Made by a program: the position numbers and the translations under genes. Positions 1 through 8,600 of a stretch of DNA of 24,106 nucleotides are shown here, one piece after another. The notes under the pieces were generated by a model that worked only from the letters and a program-made list of their open reading frames with translations, did not search any database and had not been told where the DNA came from. This stretch comes from Acidimicrobiia bacterium. Its GTDB lineage: Bacteria; Actinomycetota; Acidimicrobiia; IMCC26256; DASPTH01. Every line of letters begins with the position of its first letter. Position 1 is the stretch's first letter. The stretch lies in NCBI GenBank assembly GCA_040509195.1, contig JBEVLJ010000302.1:1-24106 (forward strand), in the 5' to 3' direction.

Positions 1-432
1 TGGACCAACCTCCCGCACCGCGTGGCACTGGTGGCCACGGTCGACGGCGTCGACTTCGTCGACGACTCCAATGCGACCAACGCGCATGCCACCGCGAGCG
101 TGCTCGACGGCATGGATCACGTGGTGCTCGTCGCGGGTGGTCGCGATCGTTCGCGCAACCTCCAGGTGCTGCGCCCGTACGCGTCGCACCTGCGCGCCGT
201 CGTCGCCATCGGTGAAGCGGCCTCCACCGTGGAGACGGTGTTCGCCGACGTGGTCCCCGTGGTGCGCGCCGATTCGATGCGCGCCGCGGTGCGTGAAGCG
301 GCGGCTCGCGCCCAGCGCGGTGACACCGTGCTGCTGTCACCCGCGTGCGCGTCACTCGACTGGTACTCGAGCTACGCCGAACGGGGCGACGATTTCGCCC
401 GCGAAGTTGCAACCCTGGAGCGTGAAGCGTGA
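1..432 (+). CDS. murD: UDP-N-acetylmuramoyl-L-alanine--D-glutamate ligase, C-terminal part (5' truncated by window edge)
   Basis: Frame 1 is open from base 1 (WTNLPHRVALV...). It contains DDSNATN (cf. DSKATN), LVAGG and LLSPACASLDWYSSYAERG (cf. SPACASLDQF..F..RG), and lies directly upstream of ftsW with a GTGA overlap. Confidence 0.93.
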   Translation, partial: WTNLPHRVALVATVDGVDFVDDSNATNAHATASVLDGMDHVVLVAGGRDRSRNLQVLRPYASHLRAVVAIGEAASTVETVFADVVPVVRADSMRAAVREAAARAQRGDTVLLSPACASLDWYSSYAERGDDFAREVATLEREA

Positions 433-1622
433 CCGCGTTCACTGCCCCCCGCCGTGGCACCTCCGTGCGCCACGCGAAGCGCACCAAGCAGTCGGCGGCG
501 ACCGCCGCGCCACGCGCTGCATCGAACTGGTCGTCGACGCCGCTGTTGCTCGTGCTCACGGTCGGCGTGCTCAACATCGTCGGCGTGGTCATGGTGCTGT
601 CGGCGTCGTCGGTCGCGTCGCTCACCGACTACGGCTCGCCGTGGTACTTCTTCGCTCGCCAACTCCTCTGGACGGTGCTCGGCGTCGTCGCGTTCGTGAT
701 CGGCATCCGTCTCGACTACCGCAAGCTGCGGAAGCTGGTGCGACCGTTGCTGATCGGCGCGGCCGCGTTGCTGTTCGTGGTGCTCCTTCCCGGCGTGGGA
801 GTGAGCGTGTCGGGCTCGCAGCGCTGGATCGGCGCGGGGATGTTCCGCTTCCAACCGAGCGAGCTCGCCAAGCTCGCGCTGCTGCTCTACGCCGCCGACC
901 TCGCGAGCCGGCGCGGGCGTGAGATCGGCGACTGGCGACGGGTCGTGAAGCCCGTGATCATCGTGCTCTGCGGGTTCGCCGCGCTGGTGATGAAGCAGCC
1001 CGACCTGGGCTCGGCGCTCGTGCTCGTGCTCATCACCTTCACGGTGCTCATCGCGGCGGGGACGAAGCCGAAGCACCTGGCCGTGATCAGTGCCGCCGGG
1101 ATCTCGGTCGTCACCGTGCTCGCGTTCGCGGAGCCGTATCGGCGCTCGCGCATGCTCACGTTCCTGCACCCGTTCGCGGATCGCAGCAACGAGGGCTATC
1201 AGATCGCGCAGTCGTTGATCGCGATCGGCAGCGGCGGGTGGACCGGGGTCGGTCTCGGCGCCAGCCGCGCGAAGTGGAACTTCCTGCCCAACGCGCACAC
1301 CGACTTCATCTTCGCGATCATCGCCGAGGAGCTCGGGTTGATCGGTGGCCTGCTGGTGCTGTGCCTGTTCGGCGTGTTCGCGGTGCTCGGTGTGCGCACG
1401 GCTGCCTGCGCATCGGACCGCTTCGGCGCACTTCTCGCGATCGGCATCACCGCGTGGGTGGTCGGCCAAGCCGTGATCAACATCGGCGCGGTGTCGGGCC
1501 TGCTCCCGATCACGGGCATCCCGCTGCCGTTCGTCTCGTTCGGTGGCACTGCATTGGTGAGCACCATGTTCTCGGTCGGCGTGCTGTCCAACATCGCGCG
1601 TCAAGGAAAGCGCACCGCCTGA
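429..1622 (+). CDS. ftsW: SEDS-family peptidoglycan polymerase FtsW (397 aa)
   Basis: Multiple TM segments; motifs GSQRWI, FQPSELAK, KQPDLGS, GYQIAQSLIAIGSGG, LPNAHTDFIFAIIAEELG, TGIPLPFVSFGG. Sits between murD and murG. Confidence 0.96.
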   Translation: MTAFTAPRRGTSVRHAKRTKQSAATAAPRAASNWSSTPLLLVLTVGVLNIVGVVMVLSASSVASLTDYGSPWYFFARQLLWTVLGVVAFVIGIRLDYRKLRKLVRPLLIGAAALLFVVLLPGVGVSVSGSQRWIGAGMFRFQPSELAKLALLLYAADLASRRGREIGDWRRVVKPVIIVLCGFAALVMKQPDLGSALVLVLITFTVLIAAGTKPKHLAVISAAGISVVTVLAFAEPYRRSRMLTFLHPFADRSNEGYQIAQSLIAIGSGGWTGVGLGASRAKWNFLPNAHTDFIFAIIAEELGLIGGLLVLCLFGVFAVLGVRTAACASDRFGALLAIGITAWVVGQAVINIGAVSGLLPITGIPLPFVSFGGTALVSTMFSVGVLSNIARQGKRTA

Positions 1623-2719
1623 TGCCGGAGCTCGCCGTCTTGATCAGCGGCGGCGGGACCGGCGGCCACGTGTACCCGGCGCTCGCGTTGGCCGACGAGT
1701 TGGTCGCGCGCGGCACGCCGCGGTCGTCGATCAACTTCGTGGGCGCACGGCGGGGCATCGAACGCGACGCGGTGCCCGCGGCGGGGTACTCGATCGAGCT
1801 CCTTCCGGGGCGCGGTCTGCAACGCACGCGCACCTTCGCATCGCTGCTGGCGAACCTGCGCACCGTGCTCGACACGGCCCGTGCCTTCGTGCGCGCGAAC
1901 CACCTCGTCGCGAGGATGCGCCCGACGGTGGTGGTCGGCGTCGGCGGCTACGCATCGCTCCCTGCAGTGGTGGCGGCGCGTCTGCGTCGCATCCCCGTGG
2001 TCGTCCACGAGTCGGATGCGCAGCCGGGGCTGGCGAATCGGATCGCGGTCGCGCTCGGTGCGCGTCCGGCGGTCACGCTCCCTGGCACGAAGTTGCGCGG
2101 CGCGGTGGTCACCGGCAACCCGATCCGCCCGTTGATCAGCCGGGTGCAACGTGCACCGGCGACCCCGCCAATGATCGCGGTGGTCGGTGGCAGCTTGGGC
2201 GCGCGCCGCATCAACGACGCCGCCCTGGAGCTGTACGACCGGTGGCGCGCGCGCGACGACGTGGTCATCCATCATGTGACCGGCGCGCGCGACCACGACG
2301 CGTGCTGTCGTCGGCTCGATCAGCTCCGGGAAGCCGGCGACACGCTCGAGTATCGGCTCGTTCGCTACGAGGAGCACATGGACACCCTGTACGCGGAGGC
2401 CACCGCGATGGTGGCTCGATCCGGTGGGATGACGGCCGAGCTCGCGGCAGTAGGGATGCCGGCCGTTCTTGTTCCCCTCCCCAACGCACCGGGGGACCAT
2501 CAGACGAAGAACGCCGAGGTGTTCGTGGCCGCCGGTGCCGCCGTGCTCGTGCCTGATGCCGCGCTCGACGGCGCGCGCCTCGCGGTCGAGCTCGATGCGT
2601 TGCTCGGTGATCCCGCCGCGCTCGCGGCGATGAGTCACGCGGCGCGGTCGCTCGGTCGGCCCGATGCCGCGGCACGGTTCGCCGACGTGGTCGAGGCGGT
2701 GGCCGGTGTCGACCACTGA
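1622..2719 (+). CDS. murG: Undecaprenyldiphospho-muramoylpentapeptide GlcNAc transferase (365 aa)
   Basis: ATG at 1622 overlaps the ftsW stop (TGATG). Motifs [48 protein letters not shown]. The ORF-track start at 1238 is an upstream extension. Confidence 0.96.
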   Translation: MPELAVLISGGGTGGHVYPALALADELVARGTPRSSINFVGARRGIERDAVPAAGYSIELLPGRGLQRTRTFASLLANLRTVLDTARAFVRANHLVARMRPTVVVGVGGYASLPAVVAARLRRIPVVVHESDAQPGLANRIAVALGARPAVTLPGTKLRGAVVTGNPIRPLISRVQRAPATPPMIAVVGGSLGARRINDAALELYDRWRARDDVVIHHVTGARDHDACCRRLDQLREAGDTLEYRLVRYEEHMDTLYAEATAMVARSGGMTAELAAVGMPAVLVPLPNAPGDHQTKNAEVFVAAGAAVLVPDAALDGARLAVELDALLGDPAALAAMSHAARSLGRPDAAARFADVVEAVAGVDH

Positions 2720-4151
2720 CGCCGACCGCGGCGCGGGGCCTGATCGTGTCGAGATCGACCTCGGCGCGCCGCTCGCCGTCCATGTGGTGGCGATCGGCGG
2801 ATCGGCCATGAGCGGCATTGCCACGGTGTTGCTCGCGCTCGGTCACCGCGTCACCGGTTCCGACATCGTGGCGTCGCCGCGCATCGACGCACTGCGCGCG
2901 CGTGGCGTTCCCGTCACCATCGGACACGCAACCGCCAACGTTGCCGCCGACGTCGACCTCGTCGTCGTGTCGAGTGCCATCACCGAAGACAACCCCGAGG
3001 TGATCGAAGCGCGCCGTCGGGGTCTTCCTGTCGCGCGACGGGCCGACGCGCAGCGCGCCATCGTCGCCACGCGACGCGCCATCGTGGTCGCCGGGAGCCA
3101 TGGCAAGACCACGACCACCACCATGCTCACGCTGATCCTGCGCGACGCGGGGTGGGATCCGAGCTTCCTCGTGGGCGGTGACGTGGCGCAGCTCGGCGCG
3201 ACCGCGGCGATGCACGACGGCACGTGGATCGTCGTCGAAGGCGACGAGAGCGACGGCACGTTCCTCGAGCTCGGTGCCGACGCTGCGATCGTCACGAGCG
3301 TCGAAGCCGACCACCTCGCGCACTACGGCGGTCTCCCGGGTCTCGAGCGAGCGTTCGCATCATTCGTCGCGGCCACGCCCGGGGTGAAGGTGTTGTGCAT
3401 CGACGACCCGGCCACCGCTCGGCTGGCCGCCGACCTCCCCGCTGACCTCGCCGATGGCGTCACCTACGGCTTCGCCGCACACGCCACGGTGCGCATCGAC
3501 GAGTACGCCGGCACGAGCACCGGCTCGTCGTTCGTCCTCACCCGCGAGGGCGATGCGCTCGGTTCGATCTCGTTGAGCATCCCGGGTCGGCACAACGCGC
3601 TGAACGCGGCGGGCGCGGCTGCGATGGCGCTCGCGCTCGGCGCCGAATTCGCGTCGGTGCAGCGCGGGTTGGCGGCGTTCGGCGGGTTGGGTCGTCGCTT
3701 CGAACGGCGCGGCGAGCGCGCGGGCGTCACGTATGTCGACGACTACGCGCACCTTCCCGGCGAGGTGGCCACGATGGTGAGCGCGGCGCGTGAAGGTGGG
3801 TGGCGCAGAGTCGTCACCGTGTTCCAGCCGCATCGCTACTCGCGCACGGCCGAGCTCTGGCGCGACTTCGCCGACGCGTTCGTGGGATCCGACCTCGTGG
3901 TGCTCACCGAGGTGTACGGGTTCAACGAGCCGGTGATCGAAGGCGTGTCGGGCCGCCTGATCGTGCGCGCGGTGCTCGACGCGCACCCGGATCAGGCCCT
4001 CGTCTACCTCCCGACCCGCGCCGACCTGATCACGTACGTGCCCACCTTCGCGAGCGCGGGTGACCTCGTGCTCTCGCTCGGCGCCGGCGACCTCACCACG
4101 TTGCCGGAGGAGTGGTTGGCCGCAGAGTCGACGAAGGCCGGTGCGTCGTGA
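2706..4151 (+). CDS. murC: UDP-N-acetylmuramate--L-alanine ligase (about 481 aa)
   Basis: P-loop AGSHGKTTTT, VEGDESDG, ADHL, GRHNALNA, DDYAHLP, FQPHRYSRT. Start chosen at GTG 2706 (GAGG at 2693-2696); the exact start is uncertain. Confidence 0.93.
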   Translation: MSTTDADRGAGPDRVEIDLGAPLAVHVVAIGGSAMSGIATVLLALGHRVTGSDIVASPRIDALRARGVPVTIGHATANVAADVDLVVVSSAITEDNPEVIEARRRGLPVARRADAQRAIVATRRAIVVAGSHGKTTTTTMLTLILRDAGWDPSFLVGGDVAQLGATAAMHDGTWIVVEGDESDGTFLELGADAAIVTSVEADHLAHYGGLPGLERAFASFVAATPGVKVLCIDDPATARLAADLPADLADGVTYGFAAHATVRIDEYAGTSTGSSFVLTREGDALGSISLSIPGRHNALNAAGAAAMALALGAEFASVQRGLAAFGGLGRRFERRGERAGVTYVDDYAHLPGEVATMVSAAREGGWRRVVTVFQPHRYSRTAELWRDFADAFVGSDLVVLTEVYGFNEPVIEGVSGRLIVRAVLDAHPDQALVYLPTRADLITYVPTFASAGDLVLSLGAGDLTTLPEEWLAAESTKAGAS

Positions 4152-5110
4152 CGGCTGACCTCGCCGTCGTCGCCGACGAGCTCGAGGCGCGCCTCCCGGG
4201 CGCGGTGGAGCGCAACGGTTCGCTCGCTGCACTCACCACCTATCACCTCGGCGGTCCCGCGACCGTGCTCGTGCGCGCTCGCCGGTTGGCCGACCTGATC
4301 GAGCTCGCGGCGGTGGTGCAGGAACACACGCCGCCGGTGTTGGTGGTGGGCCGCGGCTCGAACCTGCTGGTGGCCGACGCCGGGTTCTCGGGCGTGGCGG
4401 TCGTCCTCACCGGCGAGTTCGAACAATTCGATGCGGTGAGTGCGCCGAGCCTCGGCACCGTGCGGGTGGGTGCTGCGGTTCCATTGCCCAAGCTCGCTCG
4501 CCAGCTCGCGGCAGCGGGCCTCGGTGGATTGGAGTTCTTCGTCGGCATCCCGGGGAGCGTCGGCGGTGCAGTGCGCATGAACGCTGGCGGTCACGGACGC
4601 GAGACCGCCGAGGTGCTCCACACAGCGCTGGTCGTCGACCTCGGCGCGGGCGGCACGGCGCGTGCGCTCACCGTCGACGAGCTCGAGTTCTCGTACCGGC
4701 GGAGCAGTCTCGGGCCGCTCGACGTGGTGGTGGCCGCCGACTTCCGGGTGTTCGCCGCCGCACCGGAGGAGTGCACCGACGCGATCGACGAGATCGTGCG
4801 GTGGAGGAGGGAGCATCAGCCGGGTGGCTCCAACGCGGGATCCGTGTTCGCGAACCCGTCCGGCGACTCCGCCGGGCGGCTCATCGACTCACTCGGCCTC
4901 AAGGGACTGCGGGTCGGCGGTGCCGTCGTGTCCGAGAAGCACGCCAACTTCTTCCAGGCCGAAGCCGGTGCCACCCCCGACGACGTGCACCAGTTGGTGT
5001 TCGAGGTGCAGCGCCGAGTGGCCGACGCCACCGGCGTCGAGCTGCGCGTTGAATTGCGCATGGTCGGGTTTCCTGATCCTCACGTCGATCGAACTGGAGC
5101 GGGTGAGTGA
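4148..5110 (+). CDS. murB: UDP-N-acetylenolpyruvoylglucosamine reductase (320 aa)
   Basis: GRGSNLLV, GIPGSVGGAVRMNAG, FSYRRS, RREHQP, NAGSVFANP, VSEKHANFF. GTG at 4148 overlaps the murC stop (GTGA). Confidence 0.95.
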   Translation: MTADLAVVADELEARLPGAVERNGSLAALTTYHLGGPATVLVRARRLADLIELAAVVQEHTPPVLVVGRGSNLLVADAGFSGVAVVLTGEFEQFDAVSAPSLGTVRVGAAVPLPKLARQLAAAGLGGLEFFVGIPGSVGGAVRMNAGGHGRETAEVLHTALVVDLGAGGTARALTVDELEFSYRRSSLGPLDVVVAADFRVFAAAPEECTDAIDEIVRWRREHQPGGSNAGSVFANPSGDSAGRLIDSLGLKGLRVGGAVVSEKHANFFQAEAGATPDDVHQLVFEVQRRVADATGVELRVELRMVGFPDPHVDRTGAGE

Positions 5111-5826
5111 CGGTCGCCGCCGCGGCGCGTCGCCGTCGCCGAGTGTTGTTCGCCGTCATCGCGCTCGCGGCCGTCGGGACTGCCGCGTGGATCGTCACGC
5201 GGTCGCCGTTCCTCGATGTCGACCATCTGCAGGTGGTCGGCAACACGCGCGAGACGTCGGAAGAGGTCGCGGCGGCGGCGGGCCTCGCCACTGGTGACCC
5301 GATGATGTGGATCGATCCGCACGAGGCGGCGAAGCGCGTCGAAGCGCTGCCCTGGGTGGCCACGGCCACGGTCTCACGTGTGTGGCCCGACACGGTGAAG
5401 ATCACCGTGTCGGAACGCACGCCGGTGGCGTGGGTGCAGGCGGGGGAGCCGAACACCGAGACCTCGCGCGCGCTCGTGATCGACGCCGCCGGACGCGTGC
5501 TCTCGCTCGAGGTCATGGCACCCGACGGCTTGCCACAGCTGCTGAACGTGCCGAGCTCGGTGCCGGTGGGCGCCACGGTCGATGCGGTGACGGCGGCCCG
5601 AGTCGCCGGGGTCATGGCGACGTTCGACCCGCGGCTCGCCGCGTCGATCGAGGTGAAGGGCGACCAGGTGCTGTTGCGCACTCCCTCGGGCACCGAGATC
5701 CGCCTCGGACGCGCGGTGGAGGTGGCCGACAAGGTCCGCGCCGCCATCGCGGTGCTCGGCACCGGTCACGTCGACGGCGCCGCGTACCTCGACGTCAGCG
5801 CTCCATCGAACCCCGTCGCCGGTTGA
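5107..5826 (+). CDS. ftsQ: Cell division protein FtsQ/DivIB (239 aa)
   Basis: Basic N-terminus, single TM helix, POTRA-like segment (LDVDHLQVVGN...LPWVATATVSRVWPDTVKITVSERTPVA) and C-terminal YLDVSAP. GTGA overlap with murB; upstream of ftsZ. Confidence 0.9.
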   Translation: MTVAAAARRRRRVLFAVIALAAVGTAAWIVTRSPFLDVDHLQVVGNTRETSEEVAAAAGLATGDPMMWIDPHEAAKRVEALPWVATATVSRVWPDTVKITVSERTPVAWVQAGEPNTETSRALVIDAAGRVLSLEVMAPDGLPQLLNVPSSVPVGATVDAVTAARVAGVMATFDPRLAASIEVKGDQVLLRTPSGTEIRLGRAVEVADKVRAAIAVLGTGHVDGAAYLDVSAPSNPVAG

Positions 5827-5865
5827 CCGGCACTCGGGATTTCCCGCGTGTTGTTCCTGAGGTTG

Positions 5866-5894
5866 TTGACCACTCATTGTTGCTGGAGTAAAGT
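5866..5894 (+). promoter_or_regulatory. Sigma-70/SigA-type promoter upstream of ftsZ
   Basis: TTGACC (5866-5871), 17-nt spacer, TAAAGT (5889-5894), in a locally AT-rich intergenic region. Confidence 0.65.
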
Positions 5895-5912
5895 ATCAAC
5901 CGTCACCACAGC

Positions 5913-5950
5913 TTGACATAACTCTCAACCTACAGTCGAGGTTCAGGGTT
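5913..5950 (+). promoter_or_regulatory. TTGACA followed by an imperfect inverted repeat; candidate MerR-type (FtsR-like) operator/promoter of ftsZ
   Basis: TTGACA at 5913-5918, then AACTCTCAACCT-acagtcg-AGGTTCAGGGTT (5920-5950; 10/12 arm matches, perfect core AACCT-N7-AGGTT). Confidence 0.55.
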
Positions 5951-6013
5951 GGTCGGACAGCGGATGGCGCACAGGCCTGAACGTCAACACACGCAACACT
6001 TTCCGATCCTTCC

Positions 6014-6038
6014 TCGCCGACGCCGACCGCGTCGGCGA
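6014..6038 (+). other. Perfect 10-bp hairpin in the ftsZ 5' leader
   Basis: TCGCCGACGC (6014-6023), 5-nt loop, GCGTCGGCGA (6029-6038). Confidence 0.6.
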
Positions 6039-6061
6039 TTGATACGTCAAGGTGGATGACA

Positions 6062-7150
6062 ATGCTGGGTGAGCCGCAGAACTACCTCGCGGTGATCAAG
6101 GTGATCGGCGTCGGCGGCGGTGGGTGCAACGCCGTGAACCGGATGATCGACGCCGGGTTGAAGGGCGTCGAGTTCATCGCGGTGAACACCGACGCGCAGT
6201 CGCTGCTCATGAGCGACGGCGACGTGAAGCTCGACATCGGACGCCAGATCACGCGTGGTCTCGGCGCCGGGAGCGACCCGGAGATCGGTCGCCAAGCGGC
6301 GGAAGACCACCGCGACGAGATCGAAGAGGTGCTGCGCGGTGCCGACATGGTGTTCATCACCCTCGGCGAAGGCGGCGGCACGGGCACCGGCGCGGGCCCG
6401 GTCGTGGCCGAGATCGCGAAGGCCGCCGGCGCGCTCACCATCGGCATCGTCACCCGTCCGTTCGGGTTCGAAGGCCGCCGCCGGTCGGTGCAGGCCGAGA
6501 ACGGCATCCAGAAGATGCGCGAGAAGGTCGACACGCTCATCGTCATCCCGAACGACCGGCTCCTCACCGTGTCCGACGAGCGCACGTCGATGCTCAACGC
6601 GTTCAAGACGTGCGACGAGGTCCTGCTCCAGGGTGTGCAGGGCATCACCGACCTCATCACCACGCCCGGCCTGATCAACACCGACTTCGCCGACGTGCGC
6701 ATGATCATGAGCAACGCCGGCAGCGCGCTCATGGGCATCGGGTATGCCTCGGGTGACGGCCGCGCCGTCAACGCGGCGCGCACCGCGATCTCGAGCCCGA
6801 TGCTCGAGGCGAGCGTCGAAGGCGCACGCGGCATGCTGCTCAACGTGTCGGGCCCGTCGGACCTCGGTCTGTTCGAGGTGAACGAAGCGGCGGAGATCGT
6901 GGCCAAGGCCGCCCACCCCGACGCCAACATCATCTTCGGTGCCGTGATCGACGACAGCCTCGGTGACGAGGTGCGCATCACGGTGATCGCCGCCGGGTTC
7001 GATCGCTTCGAAGGGGAGCGGCGTCCGCGCATGTCGCTCGGCCTCGACGACGACCTCGACGACGGTGAGATCGACTTCTCGATCGGCGGCTCCACCGACG
7101 ACGACGAGGGCGACAGCGACGACTTCGACGTGCCCGAGTTCCTCCGCTGA
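6062..7150 (+). CDS. ftsZ: Cell division protein FtsZ
   Basis: [22 protein letters not shown], tubulin signature [27 protein letters not shown]-terminal DFDVPEFLR. Start is ATG 6062 (AAGGTGG SD at 6049-6055) or ATG 6056. Confidence 0.98.
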   Translation: MLGEPQNYLAVIKVIGVGGGGCNAVNRMIDAGLKGVEFIAVNTDAQSLLMSDGDVKLDIGRQITRGLGAGSDPEIGRQAAEDHRDEIEEVLRGADMVFITLGEGGGTGTGAGPVVAEIAKAAGALTIGIVTRPFGFEGRRRSVQAENGIQKMREKVDTLIVIPNDRLLTVSDERTSMLNAFKTCDEVLLQGVQGITDLITTPGLINTDFADVRMIMSNAGSALMGIGYASGDGRAVNAARTAISSPMLEASVEGARGMLLNVSGPSDLGLFEVNEAAEIVAKAAHPDANIIFGAVIDDSLGDEVRITVIAAGFDRFEGERRPRMSLGLDDDLDDGEIDFSIGGSTDDDEGDSDDFDVPEFLR

Positions 7151-7884
7151 ACCAGCTCACCATCGGTCGGGCGCACCTCTGGTTCACCGATCGGAATGGT
7201 GGCTCGTCGACCGGCGCGTACGCGTCGAACAACTTGGGTGACCACGTCGGCGACGACGGCGTGGTGGTGGCCAGGAACCGTCGCCACCTCGCCGCGCGCC
7301 TCGTCCTGCCCGACCCGTCGCGTTGGCAGTGGCTCCAGCAGGTCCACGGCAACGACGTGGTCGTCGTTCGGGATCGCCCTGGCGTCGACCCGCCCCGCGC
7401 CGACAGCGCGATCACCGCGAGCCCCGGCGTGCCGTTGGCCGTGCTGGTCGCCGACTGCGCGCCGATCGCGATCGTGGGCGAACGCGCCGTCGGCGTCGTG
7501 CACGCCGGGTGGGCCGGACTCGAGCGCGGGGTGGTGGAACGCGCCGTCGACGCGCTCCGTGAGGTCGAAGCACAGGCAGGCGGCGACCCTTCGCAGCCGC
7601 CACGCGCCGTGCTCGGGCCGTGCATCCACCCTGCGCGCTACGAATTCGGCGCCGACGACCTCGAACGGTTGGTGCAGCGCTTCGGGACCGTCGTGTCTGC
7701 GACCACCGACCACGGCACGCCGGCGTTCGACCTCCCCGCCGCGGCACGGGTCGCCCTCGCGCGCGCGGGCGTCGACGAGCTCATCGACCTCGGCGTGTGC
7801 ACCGCCGCGTCTGCCGACCACTTCTCCCATCGACGCGACGGCGTGACCGGACGCCAAGCCGTCGTCGCCGTCCTCATGCCATGA
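7147..7884 (+). CDS. pgeF: Peptidoglycan editing factor / purine nucleoside phosphorylase PgeF (YfiH/YlmD family, about 245 aa)
   Basis: [35 protein letters not shown]. The conserved N-terminal [25 protein letters not shown] begins upstream of the first canonical start (TTG 7234), so the start is placed at CTG 7147 overlapping the ftsZ stop. Confidence 0.9.
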   Translation: MNQLTIGRAHLWFTDRNGGSSTGAYASNNLGDHVGDDGVVVARNRRHLAARLVLPDPSRWQWLQQVHGNDVVVVRDRPGVDPPRADSAITASPGVPLAVLVADCAPIAIVGERAVGVVHAGWAGLERGVVERAVDALREVEAQAGGDPSQPPRAVLGPCIHPARYEFGADDLERLVQRFGTVVSATTDHGTPAFDLPAAARVALARAGVDELIDLGVCTAASADHFSHRRDGVTGRQAVVAVLMP

Positions 7885-8594
7885 GCGAGATCGACGCGTC
7901 CGTCGCGGCCGCGGTGCACGACGTGCGCGAGCGCATCGCAGTGGCGGCGCGCCGTGCCGGGCGCGACCCCGCGAGCGTCACGCTCGTGGCCGCGACCAAG
8001 ACCATGCCCGTCGACGTGGTGCGCGCCGTGCTCACCGCCGGTGTGGCCGATGTGGGGGAGAACCGCTCGCAGGAGCTGCTCGCCAAGGCGCCGGAATGCG
8101 TTGATCTGCCGGCGCGGTGGCACTTCCTCGGCCAGCTGCAGCGCAACAAGGTGCGCGGGCTCGCATCCCACGTCTCGTGGTGGCAGACCGTCGACCGCGT
8201 CGCGCTCGGCGCCGAGATCGCCCGTCGAGCACCCGGCGCCCGGGTGTTGATCGAGGTGAACCTGGGGCGAGAGCCGCAGAAGGGTGGTTGCGATCCCGAC
8301 GGCGTCTCGACATTGGTCGACGAGCTCACCGATCTCGGTCTCGTCGTCGGAGGACTCATGGCCGTGCCGCCCCGGACCAGCGGGTCCGACCAGGCCGACG
8401 CGCGCCGCTGGTTCGCCGAACTGCGCGAGCAGGCCGGCCGCCTGGGCCTGGCCGAACTGTCGATGGGCATGACCGACGACTTCGAGGTCGCGGTCGAGGA
8501 GGGTGCCACGATGGTGAGGGTCGGGCGCGCGCTCTTCGGCGAACGGTCAGGACCCGGCGCAACCCCGACGAACCAACCACCGACGATAGGCTGA
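7881..8594 (+). CDS. yggS: PLP homeostasis protein YggS/YlmE (237 aa)
   Basis: VTLVAATKT (PLP lysine), DVGENRSQEL, WHFLGQLQRNKV, LIEVNLG.EPQKGG, GLMAVPP, LSMGMTDDFEVAVEEGATMVRVGRALFG. ATGA overlap with pgeF. Confidence 0.95.
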   Translation: MSEIDASVAAAVHDVRERIAVAARRAGRDPASVTLVAATKTMPVDVVRAVLTAGVADVGENRSQELLAKAPECVDLPARWHFLGQLQRNKVRGLASHVSWWQTVDRVALGAEIARRAPGARVLIEVNLGREPQKGGCDPDGVSTLVDELTDLGLVVGGLMAVPPRTSGSDQADARRWFAELREQAGRLGLAELSMGMTDDFEVAVEEGATMVRVGRALFGERSGPGATPTNQPPTIG

Positions 8595-8600
8595 CCCGCG

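Noticed and set aside
1238-1621. ORF-track upstream extensions of murG (and of murC, murB, yggS, lspA, rluD and the response regulator)
   Set aside because: The extensions overlap the preceding gene. Family N-termini and stop/start overlaps or SD sites identify later starts.
3429-3452. ADLP/ADLA near-duplication in murC
   Set aside because: Short, imperfect and in a variable loop, so not distinguishable from chance.
5827-6055. Missing ftsA or a small ORF/ncRNA between ftsQ and ftsZ
   Set aside because: Absence of ftsA is normal for Actinomycetota (SepF is the anchor). The gap is explained by promoter elements and shows no credible ORF.
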